Virus record (IMG/VR): IMGVR_UViG_3300024518_003383
Coordinates: 1-62,400 of that record
DNA length: 62,400 nt
Direction: 5' to 3' (one strand)
DNA from: a virus
Lineage: Duplodnaviria > Caudoviricetes
Shown here: positions 35,311-45,624 of the stretch, piece after piece
How positions within the stretch are numbered: the stretch's first letter is position 1
Layout of the letters: the number at the start of each line of letters is the position of its first letter
Notes under the pieces: generated by a model
Told to the model about the DNA's origin: nothing
Databases searched by the model: none
The model's input: only the letters and a program-made list of their open reading frames with translations
Translations under genes and position numbers: made by a program

Positions 35311-36768
35311 ATGGCGATCGCATTCAACTTTATCAACGCGGACAACCGCGTCCCCGACATCCAGATCGAGTTCGATCCTTCTGGATCCAGTGTTCCACCA
35401 AGCAAACCGCACAAGGCGATCCTCATTGGGCAACGGACAAGCGCCGGCAGTGTCGCCGAAGGTGTCGTCAAGGGGGTGACCTCTGATCTTCAGGGCGACG
35501 ACTTCTTCGGCCAGGGGTCGATGCTCGCCGCTGAGATCCGAGCCTTCAGGTCAAAGGCCCCGGGGATCGCACTGTATGCGGTCGCGCTCGACGATGACGG
35601 TGCAGCCGTCAACGCGACGGGGACATTGACCATGACGGGCACGGCAACCGCGGCCGACATCATGAACTTCTGGATTCACCAGACTAGGATCCGCGTCGCC
35701 GTCGCTGTCGGCGACACCATGACGGTTGTTGTCGCTGCGCTTGCCGCCGCGATGCTCGAAGTGCCTGACCTGCAGGTTACGGGGGCGGCTGCACTTGGGG
35801 TGCTCACCTTGACCTCGCGCAACCCGGGCGAGGCCGCCAACGAGATCGACCTTCGCGTCCTGTACAACGACGACGAGAAGATCCCCGCGGGGTTGACCGC
35901 TGTTGTCGTGCCGATGGCCAGCGGTGCAGGCAACCCGGACGTCGGGATCGCACTTACTGCGATGGGCGGGTCGGAGACCTACGACACGATCGTCATGCCA
36001 TACCATGACGCCGCGAACCTCACCGCGATGGAGATCGAACTGGAAGCGCGATGGGGACCGGACAGGCAGAACGACGGGCTTTGCTTCACAGGTATCGTGG
36101 CCGACCACACGACAACGCAAACGCTCGGGGATTCCCGGAACTCCCACATGCTCGTTTTGCTCGGGTTCGGCCCGGTCCTGATGACCCCGTGGGAAGGGTC
36201 GTCCATCATCGCGGGCATTGACGCTGCGATGCCAAGCCCGGCTCGACCACGACAGCGCCGGGAGGTCACTGGCATGCTTCCGCCCGCAAGCGGGACGGAG
36301 TTCAACACCGCGGAACGCGAGCTTCTCCTACACGATGGAGTGTCTACCGTGCGCCCTGCCGCTGGTGGACGCATGCAGATCGAGCGCTTGATCACGATGC
36401 ACCAAGTAAACAGCAGCGGCTTCCAGACGATCGCGTACCTGAACGTCACGAAGGTTCGCACACTGTCCGTGCTCAGGTTCTCTATCCGGGCGTTCATTGC
36501 GAGCAAGTATCCGGACTACAACCTCGCGCCGAACGAAACCGAAGTGGCACCCGGAGCGGCAGTGGTCACGCCCAACACGATCAAGGCGGACCTCTTGGGC
36601 CTTTACGACTTCTTCGGCGACCAAGGTTGGGTGGTCGACAAGGCGAAGTTCAAGGAGGCGCTTCTGGTCGAGATCAACGACCTCGATCCGGACCGGTTGG
36701 ACGTGCTTCTCTATCCCACCGTCATCGGAGCGCTTCGCTTCATGGCTGGTCGAATGGTCTTCGCGTAA
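35311..36768 (+). CDS. Tail sheath (Mu gpL)
   Basis: RVP..IEFD, FGQGSMLA, PARPRQ, ERLIT and DRLD motifs. Confidence 0.95.
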   Translation: MAIAFNFINADNRVPDIQIEFDPSGSSVPPSKPHKAILIGQRTSAGSVAEGVVKGVTSDLQGDDFFGQGSMLAAEIRAFRSKAPGIALYAVALDDDGAAVNATGTLTMTGTATAADIMNFWIHQTRIRVAVAVGDTMTVVVAALAAAMLEVPDLQVTGAAALGVLTLTSRNPGEAANEIDLRVLYNDDEKIPAGLTAVVVPMASGAGNPDVGIALTAMGGSETYDTIVMPYHDAANLTAMEIELEARWGPDRQNDGLCFTGIVADHTTTQTLGDSRNSHMLVLLGFGPVLMTPWEGSSIIAGIDAAMPSPARPRQRREVTGMLPPASGTEFNTAERELLLHDGVSTVRPAAGGRMQIERLITMHQVNSSGFQTIAYLNVTKVRTLSVLRFSIRAFIASKYPDYNLAPNETEVAPGAAVVTPNTIKADLLGLYDFFGDQGWVVDKAKFKEALLVEINDLDPDRLDVLLYPTVIGALRFMAGRMVFA

Positions 36769-36801
36769 CCCCGAACACGGACAGGAAAGGAAGAGAATCA
36801 C

Positions 36802-37149
36802 ATGGCAAAAGTAACAGGGGTAATCCAGATCAAGGTCGACGGCTCGCGCCAGAGGGTCGTCGATACTCCGACGATCAACTTCGGCGGGCTCGAAGGCGAG
36901 GCGGTCGTTGGCGACGCCTATCACGGCGAGATGTACAAGGTCGTGGCTGGCCTTATCACGTGCAACCTCGCGCACATGAGCGACACCGACATTGCCGCGA
37001 TGCAAGCGTGGCAATCCGTTACCGTCGAGTTCATTACCGACACCGGGATCACGTATGTGCTGACAGGCGCGGCAGTGGTCAACACGCTGGAGGTGAACGA
37101 AGGGAAGATCGAAGTCCAGTTCCGATCGGGCCCCGCCACTGAGGTCTAG
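36802..37149 (+). CDS. Tail tube (Mu gpM)
   Basis: 115-aa beta-rich protein directly after the sheath. Confidence 0.85.
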   Translation: MAKVTGVIQIKVDGSRQRVVDTPTINFGGLEGEAVVGDAYHGEMYKVVAGLITCNLAHMSDTDIAAMQAWQSVTVEFITDTGITYVLTGAAVVNTLEVNEGKIEVQFRSGPATEV

Positions 37150-37177
37150 GGCACCGCGCAATCGGGCCGGAACCCGG

Positions 37178-37220
37178 AGCAAGGTCTGGACGCTGTCGCG
37201 TCGCGGGCCTTGCTTTTTTT
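37178..37220 (+). terminator. Intrinsic terminator after the tail tube gene
   Basis: AGCAAGGTC...GGCCTTGCT hairpin with a T7 run. Confidence 0.8.
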
Positions 37221-37251
37221 GTGCGCCGGGTAGCGTGGCATGGTGTCGCCC

Positions 37252-37902
37252 ATGCAAACCGAAGAGCCAACCCCCACAACTGAAGAACCCGCGGACGAAC
37301 TCACCGAAGACACGCCGGGAGCGTTGAAGGTCGACGGGGACTTTCTCGTCTTCCCGCTGTCGGGGCCATGGGAGCGACCGCAAGCTACCGACCCGAAGGA
37401 ACTCAGGATCCGCCGGGACGTGTACGTCGAAGACGTCGCGGAGCGCGACTTCTACAAGGAACACCAGAAGCGAGCGTGGGCGACAGCTCTGATCGCCGGG
37501 CTGTCGAATGTGTCGGAGGGGATGCTTCGTCGCTGCTCGCACGGCGACAGCGACCGGATCATGCAACTCGCGGACGCGATGGAGAGGGCGACGATCCCGA
37601 GCGAGTTCCACGAAGAGGACGGCCGGACGAAGGTCATCATCTCCCGACCTCTTCGGGACGCGAGGACGGACAAGGAGAAGAAGGAGCAAGCGCCCGGTCA
37701 CATCTGGTGGCGGACACTGTCGAATCAGGATCTGATCCGCGCGGAAGACATGGACGACGGCCACTTCGGGCAGCAGATGCATCTAGTGGCCAACGTCGCA
37801 GGGGTCCCGGTGTCTGTCGTCAAGCGCTTGCACATCGCGGACTGGATCGCGCTGTCGGTGGTCATGGAGAACTACCGAAAAAAAGGTCAGGCCTCGTCGT
37901 AG
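37252..37902 (+). CDS. Tail assembly chaperone (Mu gp41-like, apparently two domains)
   Basis: Between tube and tape measure genes; LIAGLSNV..DS and LVANVAGV..ADW repeats; start could be 37240 or 37243. Confidence 0.75.
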   Translation: MQTEEPTPTTEEPADELTEDTPGALKVDGDFLVFPLSGPWERPQATDPKELRIRRDVYVEDVAERDFYKEHQKRAWATALIAGLSNVSEGMLRRCSHGDSDRIMQLADAMERATIPSEFHEEDGRTKVIISRPLRDARTDKEKKEQAPGHIWWRTLSNQDLIRAEDMDDGHFGQQMHLVANVAGVPVSVVKRLHIADWIALSVVMENYRKKGQASS

Positions 37903-38039
37903 AGAACTACAGGGACGTGGCCGCCCATTTATTGTCTGGTAGTTCGGTCTCCTATTCTGACGTCATGAGCATGACCCCCGCGGAGGCGCTCGACCTCTTC
38001 AAACGGATCCAGAAGGCGCGGGCGAATGGCTGGAAGTAA
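37878..38039 (+). CDS. -1 frameshift extension of the tail chaperone
   Basis: A-AAA-AAA slippery site at 37878-37884; the -1 frame is open to 38039. Confidence 0.7.
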   Translation, partial: KKRSGLVVENYRDVAAHLLSGSSVSYSDVMSMTPAEALDLFKRIQKARANGWK

Positions 38040-40443
38040 GCTCACCGCGTCGCTAACCCTAGGGATCAAGGCGAACCTAGGGGGAGCGAATCGCTACCTG
38101 CAGACGATCCAGAAGATCGACAAGGCCCAGGCGGCGCTCGTCTCTGGTGGCACGACGCGCGGGGGTGTGAAGCTTGAGTCGTCGGCGATGGCGAAGAGGA
38201 CGGCCGCGGTCCGGCGTTCTGCGAACACGGAGAAGAACGTAAGACAGGCCGCGGCGCAGTCCGTCTGGAAGACTCAGATGTCGAACATTGTCCGCGAAGA
38301 GCGGGCGAGGAAGACTGCGACCGTACGCGAGGAAAGAGACCGCGTGCGGTCTGTGCAGCGCGCCGCGAAGGCGGAGCAGCGGGCGAGGCAGCGGGCGCAG
38401 AACAACGTGGCGCGGTCGTGGAACCGCGAGCAGGCGAGGAAGCAGCGAGTCGAGGCGAAGTCGGCGTCGCGCGGGGGGAAGCGCGGGGCCTTCGGGTTGT
38501 TCGACCGTAGGAGGACGCCGGGCGGCGGGATGCACCTCGCGGCCAACGCTGCGCAGGTTTCCGCGGGAGCCGGCAGGATAGCGCGAGGGGCTTTCTCCGC
38601 GGTCTCCGTACCGCTGCAGGCGGCGCGCGAGCAGGGGCGATCTATCGCGGAGATCGGGACGCTGCTCGACGACTCGACAGATATCAGCATGAAGAGCGCG
38701 GACGCGGTCACGCGATCGGCCGCGCTCGAATATGGCAACGACGCGCAGTCGCAGGCGAAAGCCTATTACGACATCATATCGGCGGGCGCCGGGTCTGCAT
38801 CCGCCGCGGACGCGCTGCTCGCGGAGTCGAACCGGTTGGCCATCGCGGGCAATGCCGAACTCGGCGCGAGCGCGGACGGTCTAACGTCGCTGCTCAACGC
38901 CTACGGGCTCGAAGGTACCGAAGCGTCCCGGGCGACGGCGTCCCTCATGGCCGCGGTCAAGGCCGGAAAGACGACCATCCCCGAGCTCGCGACCTCGATC
39001 GGTCGGATTGCTCCGTCAGCGAACGCGCTCGGGATCTCCATGGAGGAACTCAACGCCGCGATCGCAACGACCACGAAGCAAGGCATCGACACCAACGAGA
39101 GCGTGTCGGGTCTGAAGGGGGCGTTCGCCAATATCAAGAAACCGAGCAAGGAAGCGAGGGAGGAAGCGAAGCGACTCGGGATCGAGTTCAACGAAACAGC
39201 GCTCCGCACCAAGGGCCTTGACCAGTTCATGCGGGAGATGGTCAACGCGGAGGGCTTCGAGCCCGAGAGCTATACCAAGCTCTTCGGGTCGATCCGCGGT
39301 GGCAATGCTGTGATCGCATTGACGGCCGGGAATATGGAAAGGTTCGGGGAAGCGCTCGCGGACCAGGCGGACGGCGCGGAGACTGCCGCGGCCGCTGTTC
39401 AGAAAATGATGGACACGGACGACCGGAAGATCCGGAGAGCCGAAGCAGCGATCGCCGACCTGAAGATCGAGCTAGGCCAGGGGCTTGCACCCGCGGCGCT
39501 CGATGTCGTCAAGCAGGTTACTCCGTTGGTGCGAGACCTCGCCAAGTTCGCTAAGGAGAACCCGGGCACGATCACGACGATCGCCAAGGCCACGATCGCT
39601 ATCGGGGTGCTTGCGGTAGGGATCAAGGTCGCGTCCGACGCTGTCCTCGTGTTCAACGCGGGTATGTCCGCGGCGAAGGTCGTCTTCCCGCTGGTCAAGT
39701 CCGGGGCCGAACTCGCGGCGAGCGGGATCAAGACGCTGGCCACGGAGACCGCTGCAGGGCAGGCGGCAACGAAGGCGCTCGGGACGAACCTGTCCGATAT
39801 CAGCACGAAGGGCGGAAAGGCGGGGGCCGCTGTCGGCGTGCTCGCGGCCGCTGTCGCCGGGTACACGATCGGGCAGCAACTGGACGACACTTTCAAGTGG
39901 TCGGACGCGCTCGCGGACGTTGCTGCCAATGCGACCTTCGCCGCGGACGAACTGATCACGCTGCAGAACATCCGGGACGCGCAGTCCCAGAAACAACTCG
40001 AACACCAGCGGCGCAAGCTTCGGCAGGAACAGGCCTCGCAGGATAAGGCCTTCCAAGCGGCGTCGACCCTAGGCGGTTTCGTCGGCGGCCTGGGCGTGAA
40101 GGGGTTAGACCAGTTTACCGGCAGGAAGGCAGAACGCGCGGCGGCACTCGCCAGCGTCGAAGGTCGGATCGGGGAGGAAGACGCGAGGAACCGAGCGCTG
40201 AAGAAGGCGGGCGTCGACCCGACAGACAAGCGCGCCGTGGCGGAGTTCGGACGGAAGCAGCGGGAAGCCTTCGGCGTTGGTAAGGCCTCGCCCGGAGACT
40301 CTGGCCCCGGCGGTAGCAAGGTCGAAGGGAACCTGGAACACACGATCAAGATCGAGGGTCTTCCGGATGGCGCTTCGGCGGTGGTCACGAAGACGAAGGA
40401 CGACACGGGAATGTTCCAGAACAGAGGGACGGCTTCGGGATGA
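38026..40443 (+). CDS. Tape measure protein (TP901 family)
   Basis: Ala-rich 805 aa; AYYDIISAG and GKTTIPELA motifs. Confidence 0.9.
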   Translation: MAGSKLTASLTLGIKANLGGANRYLQTIQKIDKAQAALVSGGTTRGGVKLESSAMAKRTAAVRRSANTEKNVRQAAAQSVWKTQMSNIVREERARKTATVREERDRVRSVQRAAKAEQRARQRAQNNVARSWNREQARKQRVEAKSASRGGKRGAFGLFDRRRTPGGGMHLAANAAQVSAGAGRIARGAFSAVSVPLQAAREQGRSIAEIGTLLDDSTDISMKSADAVTRSAALEYGNDAQSQAKAYYDIISAGAGSASAADALLAESNRLAIAGNAELGASADGLTSLLNAYGLEGTEASRATASLMAAVKAGKTTIPELATSIGRIAPSANALGISMEELNAAIATTTKQGIDTNESVSGLKGAFANIKKPSKEAREEAKRLGIEFNETALRTKGLDQFMREMVNAEGFEPESYTKLFGSIRGGNAVIALTAGNMERFGEALADQADGAETAAAAVQKMMDTDDRKIRRAEAAIADLKIELGQGLAPAALDVVKQVTPLVRDLAKFAKENPGTITTIAKATIAIGVLAVGIKVASDAVLVFNAGMSAAKVVFPLVKSGAELAASGIKTLATETAAGQAATKALGTNLSDISTKGGKAGAAVGVLAAAVAGYTIGQQLDDTFKWSDALADVAANATFAADELITLQNIRDAQSQKQLEHQRRKLRQEQASQDKAFQAASTLGGFVGGLGVKGLDQFTGRKAERAAALASVEGRIGEEDARNRALKKAGVDPTDKRAVAEFGRKQREAFGVGKASPGDSGPGGSKVEGNLEHTIKIEGLPDGASAVVTKTKDDTGMFQNRGTASG

Positions 40444-41720
40444 CGTACCGCGACGAGATAAACACGCCATCGCTAGACGGCGTCGAGTTCAAAAACCTAT
40501 CAATCCGATCGACCATCGGACGGCGGACGGTTCTCTATATCTTCCCCCTGAAGGACGACGCGAAGGGGCGCGACCTAGGAGCGCGTCCGGACAAGTTCCA
40601 GATCTCCGGGGTGCTCGTTGGGGACTTCTATCATCTCGAACTGGAGTCGCTGCGCGATGTCCTGAAGAGCGAAGGCCCGTGGGAGTTCGTCCACCCGTAT
40701 TGGGGGATCTTCTGGTGTCAACTCGACGGCGAAGTAACGATCGTGGAAGACCCTGCGAAGGGCGGGTCCGCTTCCTTCACGATCCCGCTGGTCGACGTGT
40801 CGACGGCAGACTTCCCGCAAGTCTTCGACGACCCGGGGCCCGCGGTGCTGTCGGCGTACTACCTCGCCGTGGGTGCGCTCGCGTTGGACTTGGACGCGGC
40901 GCTGGCCTACGTGCCGCTGGGCGTCTCGCTCGAAGAGGCGGAGAAGAACCGCCCCGGGTTTCTTCAGTCGCTAACGAACGCGCTCAATAAGGTGGGGCAA
41001 GTCTTGGGGAAGGTGAACGGGAAAGTCGCGGGCCGGCTCAATAAACTGAACGACCTATCAAACGCGCTCAACGATATCTCGGCCGGCGTGACAACCCTTC
41101 TCAATACCCCGGGCGCGCTCGCGTCCACCCTCCAGGGCGTGTTGAACTCGCTGGTCGGGATCGGGAAGGCGTTTCAGAAGGACACGACCACGTCCCCGTC
41201 GGACGGCATCGCCCCGAGTGCGGCCGCGGACGCGACGCTCGAAGCGATGGGGGGCGCGGACATAGACATGGGTTCCGATGCGGTACCGCTCACGACCCCA
41301 TCGCGCGAGCAGGAGGCCGCCGCGCTTGCGGGGATGGAGACGTTCCTAAAGTCTGCCGCGGCTTGTGAGGCAGCTGCAGCGGCCGTCGAGTTGACCATGG
41401 CCACCGCGGACCAGGCGACGGACTACGCGGCGCAAGTCGGGGCGGTTCTCGTTGCGGGTGCGGAGGACGAAAACGCGAGCGACGAAACTTACCAGCGTAT
41501 GGGCGAACTCGACGCGGCGTTGCGACAGTACATACACGATGTGTCGGCGAACCTTCCGGCGCTCCGCGAGTTCGAGGTGGGAGCACCCACCCACGCGCTG
41601 CTCGTGGCCCACTGGGTCTATGGTGACGCGTTGCAGGATCAGAGCATTATCGACCAGAACAACATAGCGAACCCGCTATTCACCGGGACGGACGGGCCCG
41701 TGCTCGTGGTCGATGCCTGA
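40440..41720 (+). CDS. Mu gpN DNA circularization/baseplate protein
   Basis: GVEF..GRR..DLGAR..VHPYWG; C-terminal LLVAHWVYGD..N.IANPLF. Confidence 0.9.
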   Translation: MTYRDEINTPSLDGVEFKNLSIRSTIGRRTVLYIFPLKDDAKGRDLGARPDKFQISGVLVGDFYHLELESLRDVLKSEGPWEFVHPYWGIFWCQLDGEVTIVEDPAKGGSASFTIPLVDVSTADFPQVFDDPGPAVLSAYYLAVGALALDLDAALAYVPLGVSLEEAEKNRPGFLQSLTNALNKVGQVLGKVNGKVAGRLNKLNDLSNALNDISAGVTTLLNTPGALASTLQGVLNSLVGIGKAFQKDTTTSPSDGIAPSAAADATLEAMGGADIDMGSDAVPLTTPSREQEAAALAGMETFLKSAAACEAAAAAVELTMATADQATDYAAQVGAVLVAGAEDENASDETYQRMGELDAALRQYIHDVSANLPALREFEVGAPTHALLVAHWVYGDALQDQSIIDQNNIANPLFTGTDGPVLVVDA

Positions 41721-42867
41721 TATCAGGATGCACATCGGGGAGAAGGTCGTCTCCGGCTGGACGTCCGTGGCGATCAACCGGTCGATCGAGCAGGTCGCCC
41801 ATTCCGTTTCGCTCGGGTACCACACGGACGCGAACGCCAACGACTTGACCACGTTCCCGTTCGAGCTTGGGGCGCCCTTCTCCGTATCGAGCAACGGGAT
41901 CACTGTGGTCGACGGGTATCTCGACGACGTCGACATTGACCTGGGGGAAAGCGAGTACAACGTCTCGATCACGGCACGAAGTCGGGGCGGGCAGATCGTC
42001 GACTCTTCCGCGTACAACGGCGCCGGCGCGTGGCGGAATAAGAAAGTCGACAAGATAATCGCGGCCCTGCTCGAAGGCTACGACATCGAGTTAGAGGTCC
42101 CGATCGGCGTCGATCTGGGAGACACCTTCCGGAAGTTCTCGCTCAACTTCGGCGAGTCTGTCTTCTCCGCGTGTGACCGCGCGGCGAAGGAACGCGGCTT
42201 GCTGTTGATCCCGAACGAAGGTAGCGGGCTCACGTTGGCGAAGGCGACGGAACTCCCCCCGCTCGGGACGCTCCACGCGATGGCGGATGTCCTCGCGGAA
42301 AGTCGCAAGGGTCGATTCACGGATCGTTTTCAGTTCTATTTGATCCGGGGGAAGCACCCGGGCAAGGGGGACATCTTCGGGGCCGACCTCCCGTCGCGCG
42401 TGTTCCGGGAGATCGACGAAGGCGTGGCACTCCATCGGCTGAAGATCCTTTCCGGGAACGGGAAGAAGAAGCAGCTAGAGAACACGGTCAAGTGGGAGCG
42501 CAACGTCCGGGCCGGTCGCTCGCGTCGGTTCTTCGTCGATATCAAGGGATGGCACAAGTTCGACGGCTCGTTGTGGGTACCAAATGAGATGGTCCACTAT
42601 CGCCAGCCGCTGCTCTATGCGGACTCGCCGTTGCTGATCTCTTCGGTGAGCTACAAACTCGCGGAAGACAAGGGCGACACTGCTCGACTCGAACTCGTGA
42701 GACGCGAGGCCTTCGACACTATCCCGCCCACGGCTCGACTCAAGAGAACGAAGCCGCCGCCCGACGACCACTGGTCGACGCTGCTCTATCAGGGCAACGC
42801 GGAGGAAGCGAAGATTGCCTACGACAAATGGCTGGCTACACTGCTCGGCCCCGAGACGGACTGGTAA
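41713..42867 (+). CDS. Baseplate hub (Mu gpP/gp44)
   Basis: GWTSVAINRSIE, VDSS, WERNVRAGRS and LWVPN motifs. Confidence 0.9.
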   Translation: MPDIRMHIGEKVVSGWTSVAINRSIEQVAHSVSLGYHTDANANDLTTFPFELGAPFSVSSNGITVVDGYLDDVDIDLGESEYNVSITARSRGGQIVDSSAYNGAGAWRNKKVDKIIAALLEGYDIELEVPIGVDLGDTFRKFSLNFGESVFSACDRAAKERGLLLIPNEGSGLTLAKATELPPLGTLHAMADVLAESRKGRFTDRFQFYLIRGKHPGKGDIFGADLPSRVFREIDEGVALHRLKILSGNGKKKQLENTVKWERNVRAGRSRRFFVDIKGWHKFDGSLWVPNEMVHYRQPLLYADSPLLISSVSYKLAEDKGDTARLELVRREAFDTIPPTARLKRTKPPPDDHWSTLLYQGNAEEAKIAYDKWLATLLGPETDW

Positions 42868-42870
42868 CGC

Positions 42871-43623
42871 ATGGCCTCAGTATTCGAGCAGGTAAAAAAC
42901 TACATCGACCGCCGCTTCGAGGAGGTGGCCAACGCGCTTGACGATGTCGTCGAGATGGGCTCTCTCTCGTCGACCTCAGACGACCCGGACGGAGACGAGG
43001 AAGGCGGGGTCCAGACCGGTCAAGTCGCGTCGAGCGACTTCGCCGGGGACGATGGGGTTTCGATCTTTCAACATTTCGGGATCTCCGGTCGACCTCCCGC
43101 GGGTTCGCGGGGGATCGTTCTTCGTCTTGGGGACCAGCGGATCGGATTCCTCTTCGGACCGAAGGCGCGGCCGCACTCGCTCGAAGAGGGGGAGACCATC
43201 GTCTACTCGACGAGCGGAGGGCAGACGATCCACCTTCAGGAGGACGGGACGATCCGGATCAAGCAAGCCGACGGCGAGGGGGACATCCCGGGCGCGTCGG
43301 TGGTCGTCGGTGCGGCGGGCGAGGTCACGACAACGAGCGGCGGCGCGACACCGGCGAACATCGTCGCCGCTGTCGACGGGTCGGTGTCCGTGACCCCCTT
43401 CGCGGGGCAGACGGTAAACCTAGGAGGGGAAGCGGCCGCGCTGTCGGTTGCGGTCGGCGAGGTGACAGACGCGAACCTTCAGGCGCTCGCGGTCGTCATC
43501 CAGGCCCAAGTCGCGGCGATGGTCGGCCCGCTCGTCCCCGTCGGGGTCGCGTTTGCAGCGATAGCGACAGCGCTCGGCCAGTTGCCGACGACGACGAGCG
43601 CCACCAGCAAGACCGCCCCGTGA
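42871..43623 (+). CDS. Baseplate spike (Mu gp45)
   Basis: FQHFGISGRPPAG and LEEGETIVY motifs. Confidence 0.85.
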   Translation: MASVFEQVKNYIDRRFEEVANALDDVVEMGSLSSTSDDPDGDEEGGVQTGQVASSDFAGDDGVSIFQHFGISGRPPAGSRGIVLRLGDQRIGFLFGPKARPHSLEEGETIVYSTSGGQTIHLQEDGTIRIKQADGEGDIPGASVVVGAAGEVTTTSGGATPANIVAAVDGSVSVTPFAGQTVNLGGEAAALSVAVGEVTDANLQALAVVIQAQVAAMVGPLVPVGVAFAAIATALGQLPTTTSATSKTAP

Positions 43624-43706
43624 TAGGACGGATCCGGGCCGCCCGCATCGGGTCGAGCCGCGTCGATCCCCCGGTCTAGGGGAGGACGGGAGAAAAAATA
43701 ACGCCT

Positions 43707-43794
43707 GGTCCTGGCCCCGGACCACCCCTTGCGCGGGCGAATGCTGCTTTCCGCCGTGGTCCCCCTTGCGGACCGGGTTCGGCGAGCGCATTGT
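43707..43794 (+). promoter_or_regulatory. Two GGTCC-N7-GGACC operators plus a TTGCGG-N17-CATTGT promoter
   Basis: 19-bp identity to 1540-1558; ATG 7 nt after the -10 box. Confidence 0.75.
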
Positions 43795-43801
43795 TCTGTT
43801 C

Positions 43802-43993
43802 ATGTCCTGCCCCGCCAACCCCACCGACCCCCGCCGCTCCGTAGATTGCCCCGCCGATGTCTTGGCCGCCGATGATCTCGACTTGACTACCCTTGCGGGT
43901 CGGCAAGCTTTGGGGGAGTTGTTCCGCCGCGAGATCGTTGCAGGCAACGACCGCTCGCTGGAGTGGCTCGCGCTTCGACTCTTCATGGCCTAG
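43802..43993 (+). CDS. Hypothetical protein
   Basis: Leaderless ATG. Confidence 0.6.
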   Translation: MSCPANPTDPRRSVDCPADVLAADDLDLTTLAGRQALGELFRREIVAGNDRSLEWLALRLFMA

Positions 43994-44048
43994 CCCCGCC
44001 GCCCTATCGACCCCGGCCCCGCTGGTATCGCCGCGGGGCTTTCGGGTT

Positions 44049-44234
44049 GTGAGCACCTCAACGACATCGTCCCGCGCCGCCCTGTATCTCTACGCGAGCC
44101 TTGAGAACCTCGTGGTCATTTACACCTATTCCCACCTCCCATGGGGCGGACTGGTCCGCGAGCAGGAACGCCGGGCGCAGGGACAAGCAGACCGCGCCGT
44201 CCGCTTTGGTGGCCGTCCCCGCGCCCGCGTCTAA
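44049..44234 (+). CDS. Possible small protein
   Basis: Gap-filling ORF with a GTG start. Confidence 0.35.
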   Translation: MSTSTTSSRAALYLYASLENLVVIYTYSHLPWGGLVREQERRAQGQADRAVRFGGRPRARV

Positions 44235-44264
44235 CCCCCGCCCCAACACGAAGGAGCCAACCCC

Positions 44265-44699
44265 ATGAAGGACGACCACTTCCCATTTATCTATAAACCC
44301 CACTCGCGCTACGAAGCATCCGTCGACAAAACGCGATGCCGTGCGAGTGTCCCCGTGAGCGGCCGGAGCGTCTCAACTTGCCAATGCTTGCGCAAGCCCG
44401 CCGGCTCACACGACCGGACGAAGGAGCGCGAGGGAGAGATGATAGGTCTTTGCAAGCAGCACGACCCCGCGACGAAACGACGCAAGGACGCGAAGCGCAA
44501 GGCGAGATGGGACCTGGAATCTGCGCAGCGAGATATCACCAACACGCGAGGATTCATCGGGCAAGCCGTGACAGACTACACCGCGGGGGGCGACGCCGAA
44601 CCCCTGCCGCCCCCGATCCAGGAAGCCGTCGACAAGTACGAGAAAGCGAAGGCGCGCGCGGAGGTGCTCCGGAAGAAGTACGAAGCCCTCCCCAAGTAG
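44265..44699 (+). CDS. Cys/His zinc-binding protein
   Basis: RC...CQC...LCKQH; AAGGAG RBS plus motif. Confidence 0.7.
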   Translation: MKDDHFPFIYKPHSRYEASVDKTRCRASVPVSGRSVSTCQCLRKPAGSHDRTKEREGEMIGLCKQHDPATKRRKDAKRKARWDLESAQRDITNTRGFIGQAVTDYTAGGDAEPLPPPIQEAVDKYEKAKARAEVLRKKYEALPK

Positions 44700-44780
44700 C
44701 CACCCCAACGAAGAGAAGGAGGACACCAACCCCGCCCGGTCTCACCGCGGCGGGGTTCAACGGTGAAAGGTCAACCCCAT

Positions 44781-45401
44781 ATGAACGATGAAAACAGAGA
44801 CGAGAATCGACGAAACAGTCCGGCCGATAGCGGCTCGACCGAACGGCCACGGGCCAGTGTGGATCAACCGCTCCCCGGCGGCGGCCCGCGTGAAGGCGAA
44901 AGCGTCAAGGCCTACGCCCACCGCTTGCTCCGAGATGACGCGGAGGACAACGACTCCGAGGGGCTCGCGTCTGAGGGCCCTTCTCTGGTGGATCCTCCGT
45001 CGCTTCGCTCGCGTTGGGTGAACATCGACACAAACGCGAGCGGGTTGGAGCGTACCGAAGCATTCGACACGGGCCGCGGGCTGTTTGTGCGCGTCCGGGA
45101 TTACGACGTGGACGGCGACGTGCTCGGGACTGCGATCACGTTCGCGCCGGGTCTGGAGATCCACATGCTCGACACGAAGGCATGGGTCGATTCCCATTCC
45201 TACTTGTACCCGTCCAACACGGACGGATTGCGGGCATGGGTCGCGCTAAGCGAGCGCACGGTGGATCTATGCCGGGCGAATGGCGGCAAGCGTCCGTGGC
45301 ACGCGACCCGGTTCGCGGACGATTACACGGCGGAGGGTGTCGACCCGTTGGAGACGGTGCTCGCGGCGCTCGACGGGGTACAGGAGGCCAGCGATGGGTA
45401 G
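44781..45401 (+). CDS. Hypothetical protein
   Basis: Contains TEAFDTGRGLFVRV...AITFAPG, resembling the next ORF. Confidence 0.65.
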   Translation: MNDENRDENRRNSPADSGSTERPRASVDQPLPGGGPREGESVKAYAHRLLRDDAEDNDSEGLASEGPSLVDPPSLRSRWVNIDTNASGLERTEAFDTGRGLFVRVRDYDVDGDVLGTAITFAPGLEIHMLDTKAWVDSHSYLYPSNTDGLRAWVALSERTVDLCRANGGKRPWHATRFADDYTAEGVDPLETVLAALDGVQEASDG

Positions 45402-45594
45402 CGCCGAATCAGGATGGATCAAAATCGAAGACGAGGGCTCGAAGTCGTACACGGACGCCATGGATACCCCTGCCGGCGCGGTGCTTCGCTCTAGCGGGTG
45501 GAATCATGCCGCCGGGGAATGGACCCCGTACGCGATGGTCCTCCTCCCTGGGGTCACGGTCGCCGAACTGAAACGGGAGGCCAGCGATGGATAG
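45394..45594 (+). CDS. Small hypothetical protein
   Basis: TDAMDTPAGAVLR..AMVLLPG; flanked by 15-bp repeats. Confidence 0.6.
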   Translation: MGSAESGWIKIEDEGSKSYTDAMDTPAGAVLRSSGWNHAAGEWTPYAMVLLPGVTVAELKREASDG

Positions 45595-45624
45595 CAAACC
45601 GGCGGACAAGGAAGGGACGAAGAG

